A stretch of DNA of 60,000 nt from NCBI RefSeq assembly GCF_963921235.1, contig NC_086097.1:93684001-93744000 (forward strand), written 5' to 3'. Below, one piece after another: positions 13,520 to 26,430 of this stretch (its first letter is position 1; every line of letters begins with the position of its first letter). The DNA is from Mobula hypostoma (taxonomy: Eukaryota). The position numbers and the translations under genes were made by a program. The notes under the pieces were generated by a model. The model had not been told where the DNA came from, did not search any database, and saw only the letters and a program-made list of their open reading frames with translations.

Positions 13520-14348
13520 GACCATAATGGAAACGTATGTAAAGGATTGAGAGTCATTGATTGGTTTATTGTATGTAATTTTATTTTTGAATAAAGTCTA
13601 TTTTGAAATTTAAAAAGAAGTTCATCTGGCAAAATGCCTCATCGCCAGACCTCACCAACAGGCACCAGGACCTCGCCTGGCTGGCGGTGAGAGGGGCCCT
13701 CCCAGTCATTTCCCTCCTGTACGCCCGGAACGTAGTCTCCGCACCCCACTGCTCACAGGAGGACTGCAGTGAGCAGGAGTCTGTGACCCACCTCTTTGCA
13801 CACTGTCAGTTCGCAAAGAGGGTGTGGAGGAGGATGGACGGGCTAGTGTCACGTTTCATCCCCAGCAGCTGCGTAACAGAGGACTCCCTGATCTACGGGC
13901 TGTTCCCGGGGGACGCACACGGAGACCAACATCCGGTGCTGCTGGCAGATCATCAACTCAGTGAAAGACGCTCTTTGGTCAGCCCGAAACTTGATGATCT
14001 ACCAGCACATGGAGATGTCGGTGGGAGAATGCTTCCGACTGGCATGTTCTCAGCTGCAGGAGTACGTGCTGAGGGACGCACTGAAACACGGTGCAGCCAC
14101 CGCAAGGGCCCGGCGGGGAAGGACCACGGTATAGGTTTCTTCACCCGTGGGAGTGGGAGGGGTCGGGTGGCGGGAGTATAGTCCTCAACAATGGTGTGGA
14201 AAGGTGAAACAACAGAGTGCCACGTGGGTGGCTAAAAGTGTGGAAATATATAGACCGTAATGGAAACATCTGTAAAGGATTGACAGATATTGAATGGTTT
14301 ATTGTACATAATTTTATTTTTGAATAAAGTATATTTTGTAAAAAAAAA
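13520..14348 (+). mobile_element. Two tandem 5'-truncated L1/Tx1-clade 3' ends (short UTR copy 13520-13616; ORF2 zinc-finger copy 13620-14348)
   Basis: IWQNASSP...C...C..ESVTHLFAHC CCHC motif, high similarity to 24776-25499; each copy ends in AATAAA plus an A-rich tail. Confidence 0.88.
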
Positions 14349-15268
14349 GGGCTGTTTAGAAATGCAAGCTGATTGTCCACTTTTTGTAAGTTTCTTCGCA
14401 GTGTACAGTACCTGTGACATTTCCCCACCCACCCTTTTGACCTCGAGTAAGGGGATGGCAGGAGATTTCTGATGGAAGAGCAGTGATTTGGGAAGACAGG
14501 CTGTTTTCGTGTGACCAGTCTGTTCCCTTGACAAGCACAAGCCAAAGGATGATTCCTGTGCTGGTTCCCAGAATTGTCCTGGCTCACCCTTTGAGGTTAT
14601 GATACATTTTATTTCGGTCCGGAGGTTAAGAAGTAATTCAGTCGGGATTAGAGATCCTGCCTATCTTGCCCTGTTTACACAGTGCTTTATGTTATTAAAG
14701 CTACACCCTGGTAAAGAGATCACATTTCACTTACTCTGTAGACAAAAACTGCTTGGATTGGATGTTACCATCAACTCCCTGGAGGGGTGAATTGATAGCT
14801 TTCTGATGGGTTCAACCTGAGAACCTTGCTGAGTCCTGCACAGCCTGAGATTCCAACTCCACTGCCCCTGCACGTTCATTACCAGGGGAAGGCCAGGTTA
14901 TTCAGGAGGGAGAAATCCAGATTTTACGTTGTGGGGAAGTCATGGGAACTACAGCAGAGAAACAGGTCCTACAGCTTAAGCTCTTGAAAGTGTTTTTCTT
15001 CTTGAAATAAAATACCCATAACGTTAAAAGGGTGAGATTGGATCACCCGGGCTGCTTTTCTTGGAGTGAGGATACTGAGAAGAGGCAAAGACAGAGTAAG
15101 TCATTAGAGTCTTTCTCCCATGGTTTGGATATCAAAAACAAGAGGGTATTACATTAAGGTGAAAGGGATTTGAGAGGAAATTGTTTTGCATGGAGACCCA
15201 GGAATTGCTGAGCAGGGAAGAAGGTTGAATCAGATACAATCACTGTGTTTAAGAGACAGTTAGGTGGG

Positions 15269-15496
15269 CACGTGGCCAAGTGGTTAAGGCGTTCGTCTAG
15301 TGATCTGAAGGTTGCTAGTTCGATCCTCAGCTGTGGCAGCGTGTTTGTGTCCTTGAGCAAGGCACTTAACCACACATTGCTCTAGTGTCTGTGTGAGGAG
15401 TGGCGCCCCACACAGACTTCCAATCTGCGCCTTGTAAGGCATGAAAATGCCCGACGTGGGCCTCTCATGGTCTGAGTCGACATTCCCTCCCCTCCC
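15269..15496 (+). mobile_element. tRNA-derived SINE with CORE-like domain
   Basis: A box TGGCCAAGTGG, B box GTTCGATCC, GTGTCCTTGAGCAAGGCACTTAACC core; direct repeat TAGGTGGG at 15261-15268 and 15497-15504. Confidence 0.8.
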
Positions 15497-15552
15497 TAGG
15501 TGGGTAGTTGATAGGCAAAGCACAGAGGAATAAGGACCTTTTGCTGGTAAAT

Positions 15553-15850
15553 CGGTGGCACAGTAGCCTAGTGGTTAGCACAGCAGCTTACAGTACAGGT
15601 CACCCCGGTTCAGTTCCTGATGCCGTCTGTTAGGAGTTTGTACGTTCTCCTCGTGACTGCGTGGGTTTCCTCCGCGTGATCTGGTTTCTTCCCATAGTCC
15701 AAAGATGTACTGGATGGTAGGTCAGTGTAAATTGCCTCATGATTAGGCTAAGGTTAGATTGGGGGGGGTGGGGGGATTGCTGGGTGGCGCGGCTCAAAAG
15801 GCCAGGATGGCCTACTCTATGTTGTCTATCAATGAATAAGTAAAAATAAA
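15553..15850 (+). mobile_element. tRNA-derived V-domain SINE (HE1-like)
   Basis: gcctagtggttagcac...ggttcagttcc head; gagtttgtacgttctcctcgtgactgcgtgggtttcctcc V-domain. Related copies at about 16475-16680, 18728-18990 and 33320-33480. Confidence 0.7.
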
Positions 15851-16078
15851 AATCGGATTAGTGTAGATTGTCAAAAAAGTTGGCATTGACTTAGTGGCCT
15901 CAAGGGCCTGTTCATTGTACAATTCTATAGTTGTATTTTAAATACAATAGAGTAGATAGCCAGTGAGACTCCTGTATTGATGATTGGGGAGCGATACTAA
16001 TGAGTTGCTCCGGTAGAGATGGGCTGAATGGTCTCATTCTGTACTGAAACTATTCAATGACTTGAAATGCTAAGGGAA

Positions 16079-16240
16079 GACAGAAGAGGCTGGAAACACA
16101 GCAGGTCAGGCAGCATCTGTGAAGGGAGAAGCTAAATTAACAGTTCTAGCTGAGGCTTTTTCCACAGATGCTGCCTGACCTGCTGAGAGCTTCCAGCATT
16201 TTCTGTCCTTATTTCGGATTTCCAGCGGCTGCATTTTTAA
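16079..16240. mobile_element. Old hairpin (fold-back) Penelope terminal-repeat insertion
   Basis: cagcaggtcaggcagcatctgtg ... cacagatgctgcctgacctgctg inverted arms followed by the ttccagc..gca tail. Confidence 0.75.
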
Positions 16241-17214
16241 ACACGAGGAAGTCCGCAGCCGCATTTTTGTTTTAATTGTTGGACTCTCGCTGCACCACTC
16301 GCAGAATTGGTAAATACTTTCACGGTGTTAGAAGAGCTCTCTACAGGGAGCTGGGTGTAGCATCACATTATGATGGGATAGGTTGCTGTGCTTCCCCTAA
16401 CTCCCTGGGACCACTGTCTAGGGCTTGTTCTGTTGTAATCTTGTTTGACTGGGATTCTCAGTGACGAACAGTTGAGGGTGCTGCAGTGGTGTAGTCAGAG
16501 AGCTGCCGCCTCACAGCGCCATCAATGCAGGATCCAGTCTGACCTCTGGTGCAGTCTGTATGGAATTTGTATGTTCTGTCTGTGGCCACCATGGACTTCC
16601 TCCAGGGTATCCTGTTCCCTCCTACACCCCAAAGGTGCGTGGGTTGGCAGGTTACTTGGCTACTGTAAATTGCCATTAATAGCATAAAAACCATAGTTTT
16701 ATAAGCAAAGAAAAACTCCCCATTTTCCCTATTAGGCACCTTGTCTTCCCCCTCTTGAATCTTACCCATACCATTTGAAACCTTTTCTCTGTTTTCTTCA
16801 TAGCAATTTTTTATAATTTTGAGAATTGAGTGTCTCTGTCAAATCTCCATTCAATCGCCATGAATCCAAGGGAAGGGTCTGGCTCACCATTCTCAGCAGA
16901 CATCCGTGTTCCCTTCTTCCCATTCGTGCCTCCTGATATGTGTGCTCCCATATTGACAAAACCAGGTCTCAGGCTGACAGTGCTGACAGATGCAGGAGGA
17001 CATCACCAGCTTTTCTTCCATGTCTGTAGTGTCTGTAATTTGGAAATTTGTCGCTGGCCCGTCATTGTTGCTGAGTCTAGATTCTGGAACTCCCTCACTA
17101 ATGGTATGGTGGAATCACCCTCATCAAAAAGTTTGCTTTGATTCGGGAAGCTGCTTCGCTGCCTTTACAAGAACACTAAAACTTGGCTAGTAAAAGCTAG
17201 TATTGTTTTCTCAA

Positions 17215-17615
17215 GCTTCCGGTAATTGCCCCCCCTCACCGTTCCATATTCCTGTTTCCCTCTCTCACCTTATCTCCTTACTTGCCCATCATCTCTCTTT
17301 CGTGCTCCTCCCCCTTCCCTTTCTTCCATGGTCTTCCGTCCTCTACTATTAGATTCCCCTTCTCCAGCCCTTTATCTCTTTCACCTATCAACTTCCCAGC
17401 TCTTTACTTCACCCGCTCCCCCTCTGTCTGTTTCACCTATCACCTGCCACCTCGTGCTTCATCCTCCCCTCCCCCCCACCACCTTCTCAGTATGACTTCT
17501 TCCCCCTTCCTTCCCGATCCTGATGAAGGGTCTTGGCCCGTCATGTCGACTGTTTACTCTTTTGCTTTGGTGCTGCCTGACCTGCTGAGTTCCTCCAGCA
17601 CTTTGTGTGTGTTGC
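17215..17615 (+). mobile_element. Penelope-like 3' UTR/terminal repeat
   Basis: Pyrimidine-rich UTR followed by cctgatgaagggtcttggcccgtcatgtcgactg (hammerhead with mutated GAAA). Confidence 0.8.
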
Positions 17616-19499
17616 TAGCACTGCTGTGCTGTGCTGGTGAGTCAAGGGCACGACCCTTTGTCATGTGGCACCGGGTCAGGCCCTCAATCGAATGCCCTGT
17701 GAAAGAGAGGCAAGTGTTTCACAAAGTTTACAGTGTCTCGCCGGGATATCTGTGTATAACTCTGCAGACACTCCTCTCCTTTTGGACGAACATAAATGGA
17801 ACTCGGGACAGTGTTTGTACAAGTGAAATCTCAACAAACCATCAATTACTCAGTGTGTTATGGTGACACAGTGATTTAGTCACTGAACAGGCAGCCAGCA
17901 TTCTGGGCCATTGACTTCAGAGAAATGGGTTCATATCCCATCAGGACAGCTGGGGAATTTAAGCAACAGCCATCATTAGCTCTGCATTTAAATCTACACT
18001 TACTGGGTTATCAGAAAACTTGTCTGGTTTATGAATGCAGTGGAGTGAGGAAATCTGCTTTCCTAGTTCCTATCAGGCCTCGCGTTCAGTCCTGATGCCC
18101 TGTGCTATCTGAATGGATTCTCCCCATGATCCCGAGGGCACCCCCCCCCCGGTGCTCGTTTCCTTCTGATAGATTAAATGGCTGCAGTAAATCACCCATT
18201 AGTGTATATAAGTAACAAAAGAATCAAAGGGGAGATGAACGGCACATGGTAGGGAATAAATTACAGAGCTTAGAGCAAGGGAAACGAAAGGGAAAGGTGG
18301 GATTGATCTATCGATGGCTGGCACAGATTGGATGGGATGAATAGCCACCTTCCACGTTGTGACATGTTGGTCCCCATGTAGAAGGAAATCTGCATGCTTG
18401 TGCATTTTAGTGAATGTTATTTATTGATTCACATGCTGCGGGTGTGGTTGATAATGTGAACATTCATTGCCTGTTTCTTCTATTCCCTTGAGATGGTGGT
18501 GATGAGCTGCCTTTTTCAGGCACAGAGCCCTTCTGGTGAAGCTGCTGGGGAGTATCCGAGAACTGGCAGCCAGCGACAAAGGAACTGAGCAGTCATTAAT
18601 GACCATGCCCACTTCTGACCTTAAGGAGGAAGGAGGTTATTGATGGTGCAGCTAAAGATGGTCTGGCCCAGGACAAAGCCAGAATGCTGAAGGGGAGAGT
18701 GGGATGAGCCAGCTGGGATATTGAAGGACAGCACAGTAGTGTAGCGGTTAGCACAACCGTTTTACACTGCCAGTGATCACCATTCGTTGTTTGATTCCCA
18801 CTGCTGTCTGTAAATGTGTGGGTTTCAAAGATCCAAAGTACGTTATTATCGAAGTCTGCATGTAGTACACAACCCTGAGCTTCCGAGAGCTGTGGTTTTC
18901 TCCCACGTTGCAAGAGGTCCAGTCTGTGATCAGGGTTCGTGAGTTGTGGGCATGCTGAATTGTCGTCAGAGGTGTGGCAGCACTTGCAGTCCCCAGCACG
19001 TCCTCAGACTGTGTTGCCCGTTGACACAATTGACGCATTTCCCTGTACGTCTGGAAGTTTCGGTGTGTGTGTGTGACAAATAAAGCTAACCTTTAAATGA
19101 AGAGCTTGCATTTCTGCAGTACTTTATCGATGTGTCTCAAAATAACTCTGAGCCACGTTTGACAATCAGCTCCTACCTCTAAGATGTTGGAGAGGTGGGG
19201 GGGGGAAACTTAAGCTCCACTTACATTTATCATTGCTAATAACTAATGGATGTTTTGAAAGTGCACGCCTGAACAGTAGCTGCCCGTGGGCTATTTATCC
19301 CTGAAGACATCACATCTGTTCCCCTATCCCCTGCCCTTTTCTGGGCCCCCCAGACAATGCACGTTCCAGCAGAGTGTTCGGGAGCAGGTTTCTGGGATTG
19401 CCGTTCATTTCCCTCTTTGCCTAATCTGCAGTACATCATACTAAAGGGGAGTACAGCAGAGATGATTCCTGGATGGTATGTTGCACTATGGATTGATTT

Positions 19500-20740
19500 G
19501 TCAGGGTCCAGGATATCTCTGATTGAGTCCATACCAGATGGCAATGCAGCCAGTCAGAATGCTCTCCACAGTACATCTGTAGAAATTTGCCAGTACCTTT
19601 GGCAACATACCAAATCTCCTCAAACTCCTCATGAAATACAGCCGCTGTTGTGTCTTCTTCGTAACTGCATCGATATGTTGGGCCCAGGATAGATCCTCAG
19701 AGATCTTGACACCCAGGAACTTGCTCACCCTTTTCACTTCTGATCCCTCTATGAGGACTGGTGTGTGTTCCCTTGTGTTACTCTTTCTGAAATCCACAAT
19801 TGCTTCTTTAGACTTACTGATGTTGAGTTGCTATGACACCACTCAACTACCTGATCTAGCTCGCTCCTGTGCGCTTTCTCATCACCATCTGAAATTCTGC
19901 CAACAATAGTTATGTCATCAGCAACTTATAGATGGCATTTGAGCCATGTCTAGCCACACAGTCATAGGTGTAGAGAGAGTAGAGTAGTGGGCTAAGCACG
20001 CACCCCTGAGGTGCACCAGTGTTGATCATCAGCAAGGTGGGGATGTTATCACCAATCCACACAGACTGTGGTCTTCGGGTGAGGAAGTTGAGGATCCAGT
20101 TGCAGAAGGAGGTATGGAGGCCCAGGTTCTGGAGCTTTTCAATCAGAACTGTAGGAATGATGTGTTAAACACTGAGCTGTAGTCAATAAACAGCAGCCTG
20201 ACATAAGTATTATTATTGTCCAGGTAGTCCAAGGCTGCATGAAGAGTCATTTTTTCATTTTTAAAATCTTTTTTATTAATTATTATTAAAGATCAACAAA
20301 AAATACATTAAGGTAATCAAGTCAACATGTCAATATATACAGTGAAGAATTAAATTAGCAAATAACTGATTAACAAAGCTAAGCAATATATCAATAATAA
20401 AAAAAATAAAATGTTAAGAATATTTTTTGAAAGAAAAAAACGAACCCTTACTAAGAGGAAACCCCCCCACTAACTAAACCCCCCCCCCGCCAAAAAAACC
20501 CATTGGGAGCACAACCCCAGAGCTATACGCCACACAAGCTTCCATAAACGAAAAACATCAATCCGCCAACTCATATCCATTTGAACAAAAATCGGAAGGA
20601 AACCATATTAATTAACTCAAATCAGGTGATAGTAGAGTGAAGAGTCAATGAGATCATATTTGCTGTAGATCTATTGTGGCGACAGGCAAATTGCATTGGG
20701 TCCAGGACCTTGCCGAGGCAGGAGTTGATTCTAGGCTGGT
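19500..20740 (-). mobile_element. Rex1/Babar LINE RT fragment, interrupted by an L1-like 3' end
   Basis: DFRK...KFLGVKISEDLSWAQHI...QQRLYFMRSLRRFG...FYRCTVESILTGCIAIWYG, typical of Rex1 RT. Confidence 0.85.
20250..20637 (-). mobile_element. L1-like 3' end with A-rich tail
   Basis: TSD TGAAGAGTCA at 20240-20249 and 20638-20647; T-rich left end corresponds to an antisense poly(A) region with AATAAA. Confidence 0.7.
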
Positions 20741-21960
20741 CAAGAAGGCTCAGTCGCTCGGCATTCTAGATGAGGTAGTAAATTGGATTAGACATTGGCT
20801 TTGTGGGAGAAGCCAGAGAGTGGTAGTAGATGGTTGCTCCTCTGACTGGAGGCCTGTGACTAGTGGAGTGATGCAGTTACTGGGGCTGAGTCCATTATTG
20901 TTTATCATCTACATCAACGACCTGGATGATAATGTGGTCAAGTGGATCAGCAAGATTGCCGCTGACACCAAGATTGGGCGTGGAGTGGACAGCAACGAAG
21001 ACTATCAGAGCTTGCAGTGGGACCAGGAACAGTTGGAAAAGTGGGCTGAAAAATGGCAGATGGCAGGTGTGCAGTGTTGCACTGGTTAGGCCAACCAGGG
21101 TAGGTCTCACAGTGAATGGTAGAACAAAGGGTCCTGGGAATACAGGTCCATAATTCATTGTAGGTGGTGGTACAGGTAGATAGGGTTGTAAAGAAAGCTT
21201 TTGGCACATTGGACTTCATAAATCAAAGTGCTGAGTACAGGAGATGGGACGTTAGGTTGGAGGGAAGCATCAAGGAGTGGGTGATCCCTGGCTGATGACC
21301 CTGCAGCTGGCCTAAGGGCAGAGTTGGAGGTTCAGTAGGCAGCCATACCAAGCAGGAAACAACATCCTCCTGTACATCTCATTGTAAAAGATGCTGCTGA
21401 GGCCTAATTTGGAGTATTGTGTGCAATTTTAGTCACCTACCTACCGGAAAGATGTAACCAAGGTTGAAAGAGTACAGAGAAAATTTATAAGGATGTTGCT
21501 GGGACTGGAGGATCTGAGTTACAAGGAATAATTGAACAGGTTAGGACTTTATTCCTTGGAACATAGAAGAGTGAGGGGAGATTTCATAGAGGTATACAAA
21601 ATTATGAGGGGTATAGATAGGGTAAATACAAGCAGGCTTTTACCACTGAGGCTGGGTGGGACTACAACTGGAGGTCATGGGTTAAGGATGAATGGTGAAA
21701 AGTTTAAGGGGAACTTGAGGGAAAACTTCACTCAGAGGGTCATGAAAGATGGAACGAGCTGCCAGTGCAAATGGTGCATGCGAATTCTATTTCAACATTT
21801 AAGAGAGATACCTACAGCACAGCAGCAGAAATCTTAACCAGGACGTTACAGGTGTATGAATGGCAGGGGTATGGAGGTGGTACTGGTGCAGGTTGATGGG
21901 ACTAGGCAGTCTAAATGGTTTTCGGCAGGGACTAAATGGGCCAAAGGGCCTGTTTCTATG
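20741..21960 (+). mobile_element. CR1 LINE 3' portion (decayed RT)
   Basis: SDWRPVTSG...LFIIYINDLD...ISKIAADTKIG; LGLYSLEHRRVRGDFIEVYKI. Confidence 0.9.
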
Positions 21961-22477
21961 TTGTACTTGAGCTGTGCAAAGGAGCATAGGCCTCTGGTCA
22001 CTGTGTCAGCTTATTGAGAGTGTCCCTAGTGGCTGGAGAGTCTGTCACGGGGGAGTCTGAGCCTCACCTGTCCCTGAGGGACGATGTTGTTTAAAATCTA
22101 GCTGGTGAAAGCACGGTACTGGAATGGATCCCCACAATTATCTGGTTGAATGGTTTGAAGGAAAGTGTAAAGCAGGGCTGCATAATACATAAGCCAATCA
22201 CAACGCTCATTTAATATAGGGACAGGCCCAGGATACTGAACAGGTTCCATTTCTTGATTTTGTCAGTAAGTTGTAAAATATATAAAAATCGCTCAGTGAG
22301 GTAACTATACCTCCACATTATTGTAATGAATGGCATCAAAGGTACATAATACTGATAAAATAAACAGCGGCGAGGGAAAGAGGAAACTAGTTTTGCCGTT
22401 TGTATAAATGAACACAAGTTTGTACTTTTAAATTTAATAATACTTGGGAGATGGCTCTCTCTAGATTGTCTATAAAT

Positions 22478-22790
22478 TTTATATAGGCATCCGTTAGTCT
22501 TATGAGACCATGGATTTGTGCCTTGGAAGGTTTCCACGGCGCAGGCTTGAGCAAGGTTGTATGGAAGACCAGCAGTTGCCCATGCTGCAAGTCTCCCCTC
22601 TCCAGACCACCAATGTTGTCCAAGGGAAGGGCATTAGGACCCATACAGTTTGGCACCAGTGCCGTCGCAGAGCAATGTGTGGCTAAGTGCCTTGCTCAAG
22701 GACACAACACGCTGCCTCAGCCAAGGCTCAAACTAGCGACCTTCAAATCACTAGACAAACGCCTTAACCACTTGGCCACGCGCCAACACA
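22478..22790 (-). mobile_element. tRNA/CORE-type SINE with a different 3' tail
   Basis: Same head and core as 15269-15390 on the reverse strand; TSD TGTCTATAAAT at 22467-22477 and 22791-22801. Confidence 0.8.
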
Positions 22791-23504
22791 TGTCTATAAA
22801 TAGTGCGTTAGTAACCCAGGGATAACCCGTACTGGAGCAAAACTTTGTGAAGAGAACACTTCTGTTTGATACATTACAGCTTGCGTGTGCCTCAGTATCA
22901 GCTCCTGTATGCTGGGTAAAAGGAACGAACTGATTCTGAGACTGATAAACAATCTTCCATAGGTAAAGCAGTGTTTTTCGGGAAAAGAATTATTGACGTT
23001 TTGGATTGAGACCCTGCAACTGGACTGAGAATAGAGGGAGAGGCAGGAGCCAGTAAAGTGTGTGGATGCTACGGAATTTAACGTTCAGCTCAGTGAAACT
23101 GGAGCGTGACTTTCCAGAGGTAAAAATCTACATTTCTGATACTGGGCAGCTGCCAAGAGGCATTTAGTGACAGAAATCTGGTGTGTAGTGTTCCCTTGTG
23201 GTTCCATCTCAGGGATACTTGGCTTCTGGCCTCCATGAAGCTGCGATATAAAAACAGAAAGGGAAGCGAACTCGGGGTGAGGTAAGAGCATCTGCCCTCA
23301 ACAGCAAGAGGCTACACAAGTATGATCGAAATCAATGATGTGAATTGAAGGAAGTACTCTCAGCCCATATTTTGCACAAAGGAAGATGGCTGTTGTCACA
23401 AATCATCTCCATTTCAGAGCAGTTTTATCATAATGGCAAACTGGGATCCATGCCTTTGAAAAGATGGGTGTTCTCTTGCCTGTTCTCCCGATTCGCGGAC
23501 CTTC

Positions 23505-23650
23505 CTGACTGTCCTACCGAAAAGGGTCTCGGCCCGAAATGTCGACTGTGCTCTTTTCCACAGATGCTGCCTGGCCTGCTGAGTTCCTCCAGCATTTTGT
23601 GTGTGTTGCTCGGATTTCCAGCATCTGCAGATTTTCTCTTGTTTGTGATT
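23505..23650 (+). mobile_element. Short Penelope terminal-repeat fragment
   Basis: aagggtctcggcccgaaatgtcgactg...cagatgctgcctggcctgctgagttcctccagc...ccagcatctgcagattt. Confidence 0.8.
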
Positions 23651-23934
23651 AGAAACATGTTTCTGGTTGGTCTAAATCCGGCAGCTTCTGGAACCTCACA
23701 TTGGGATAAAGGTGATTTCAATGAAGAGGGGAGGGCCTGAGACTTCTGTTGATGAAAACTCTGCAGTAGTGGGTAGGCCTTTATTGCAAAAACATTTGCG
23801 TCTTAAGACTGGAAATGCCTTACTGTAACTTTGTTGTGACTTGATACGATCATATTTGGAGCATTTTGTACTGGTCTGGAGACCTGCATGAGGAGTATAT
23901 TTAGGTAACTTCTCTACCTAATAAAGTGGCCATG

Positions 23935-25499
23935 GCAGTGGAGGGACCCAAGTGAAAACCTCCCTGTACATGGACGACGTCACCGTCTTCTGCTCTGATC
24001 CGAGGTCAGTTCGCAGGTTGATTGGCACCTCGAACAGTTCGAGCTAGCGTCGGGGGCCAGGGTCAACGGCACGAAGAGCAAAGCCATGCTCTTCGGCAAC
24101 TGGCCCGACCGATCCGGCGTCCCCTTCACCACCAGGTCTGATCACATTGGGGATCTGGTTCAGAGGGGCTGAGGCGTGCAACAAGAACTGGCAGGAGCGG
24201 ACTGCCAAGGTGAAACAGAAACTGGGACTGTGGGGAGGGCGCTCCCTGTCGATAACGGGCAAGAACCTGGTCATCAGGTGTGAGGTGCTCTCAGGGCTGC
24301 TGTACTTGGCGCAGGTCTGGCCCATCCCCCGCTCCTACAGCTCGGAAATCACCCGAGCTGTCTTCAGATTCGTCTGGGGATCCAAGATGGAGCGGGTGAG
24401 ACGGACCGTCATGCACAAGTCCCTGGACAACGGGGGCAAAAACGTCCCCAATGTCGCCCTCACCCTGATGGCCAGCTTCGTATGTGGCTGCATCAGGTTG
24501 TGTGTAGAACCCAGGTATGTGGGCACCAAGTACCACTATGTGCCCAGGTTCTACCTGTTGCCCTGGCTACGAAGGATGGGTCTGGCCCCACTCCCGCGCT
24601 ACGCCCCACTCAGCTGGTCGTTGCCGGCATTCCTGTCCTACGTAGCAAAGTTCTTCCAGGAGAACGCCTTTGACCACAGGGCCATCAGGCAGTGGTCGGC
24701 ACGTAATGTCCTGCAGGCACTGCAGGAGAAGGACGTGATGGACACAGTGGGGTGGTTCCCTGAGCAGACTGTCCAGTTCATCTGGCAAAATGCCTCATCG
24801 CCAGATCTCACCAACAGGCACCAAGATCTCGCCTGGCTGGCGGTGAGAGGGGCCCTCCCAGTCAGAGCCCTCCTGTACGCCCGGAACGTCGTCTCCGCAC
24901 CCCACTGCCCACGGGAGAACTGCAGTGAGGAGGAGTTTGTTACCCACCTCTTCGCACACTGTCAGTTCGCAGAGAGGGTGTGGAGGAGGATGGACGGATT
25001 AGTGTCACGTTTCATCCCCAGCAGCTGCATAACAGAGGACTCTCTGATCTACGGGCTGTTCCCGGGGACGCACACGGAGACCAACATCCGGTGCTGCTGG
25101 CAGATCATCAACTCGGTGAAAGATGCTCTTTGGTCGGCCCAAAACTTGATGATCTACCAGCACATGGAGATGTCCGTGGGAGAATGCTGCCAACTGGCAC
25201 ATTCTTGGCTGCAGGAGTACGTGCTGAAGGACGCACTGAAACACGGTGCAGCCACCGCAAGGGCCCGGCGAGGAAGGACCACGGTATAGTTTCTCCACCC
25301 GCAGGAGTGGGAGGGGTCGGGTGGCGGGAGTATACCCCTCAACAATGATATGGTAAGCTGAACTACTGGAGTGCCACGTGGGTGGCTATAAATACGGATA
25401 TATACTGACTATAATGGAAATGTATGTAAAGGATGGAAATTATTGAATGGTTTATTGTATATATTTATTTTTGAATAAAGTATATTTTGAAATAAAAAA
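23935..25499 (+). mobile_element. 5'-truncated L1/Tx1-clade LINE (RT C-terminal half + CCHC zinc knuckle)
   Basis: LYMDDV at about 23964-23981, 380-aa ORF 24147-25289, AATAAA plus poly(A); 15-bp TSD AATAAAGTGGCCATG at 23920-23934 and 25500-25514. Confidence 0.93.
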
Positions 25500-25759
25500 A
25501 ATAAAGTGGCCATGTGTTGGTGGTCTTCCGCTACCGTAGCCCATCCACTTCAAGGGTCGACACGTTGTGGTTTAAGAGATGCTCTTCTGCACACCACTGT
25601 TTTAACACCTGGTTGTTTGAGTTACTGTTGCCTTCCTGTCAGTTTGAACCAGTCTGACCGTTCTCCTCTGACCTCCCTCGTTAACAATAAGGCAGCTTCG
25701 TCTACAGAACTGCCGCTCACTAGATTTCTTTTTGGTTTTTCCACAATATCCTCTGTAAA

Positions 25760-26430
25760 GGAGGAGGAGGAGAAGATGGCAGTGCGACGCAGCGTGCGCG
25801 GCCACTTCGGTGGTGACGTCTGTTATTTGTCAAGTAGGGGACCGTGCACAATTCTGATTTGATGGAGACAGACGTGAGAGTACGGAGGAACATCTGGAGA
25901 AACTTCTGAAATGCCCGCTTTGCTGCTGCTGTTACTGTGTGGTCCAAAATCTCTGGAGGAGAAGGCCCTGATTCCTCGGCTTTGCTTGTTTCAGCAGCCG
26001 GGGCTAGGTCGAAGGTGCTCGGGAGGCTGTATCGGAGGGTCTGGTCGGAAGCTTAAAGTTTCCGGATGGATGGACTCAGTGTCGGCTGTGGTCGGCTGCT
26101 TCCAAGGCATCGGCAGTTGTCAATGCCTGGAGGTTTATGGCAGGGAGTTTCTCCCTTTTGCCGCCGCTATCGGGGACTCGGGAGTCGATTGACTCGGGAC
26201 TTCGAGACTTTTTTTTTACCGTGCCCATGGTCTGTTCTTTATCTAATTATGGTATTATTTTGCACTGCTGTAGCTATATGTTATAATTATGTGGTTCTGT
26301 CAGCATTAGTCTTTAGTTTGTCCTGTTTTTCTGTGATATCACTCTGGAGGAACATTGTATCATTTCTTAATGCATGTATGCATTTCTAAATGACAATAAA
26401 CGAGGACTGAGTGTTCTCTTAATCTAATCT
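25760..26430 (+). mobile_element. About 670-bp non-coding retroposon with GGAGGAGAAGATGGC start and (AATCT)n tail
   Basis: Homologous to 34674-35330 (-) and 9875-10100 (-); inserted in the Tc1 remnant, whose sequence ctctgtaaa|ctctaga is restored on removal. Confidence 0.8.

Noticed and set aside
15269..15345. tRNA-like sequence with A and B boxes
   Set aside because: It is the head of a SINE followed by core, tail and TSD; not a bona fide tRNA gene.
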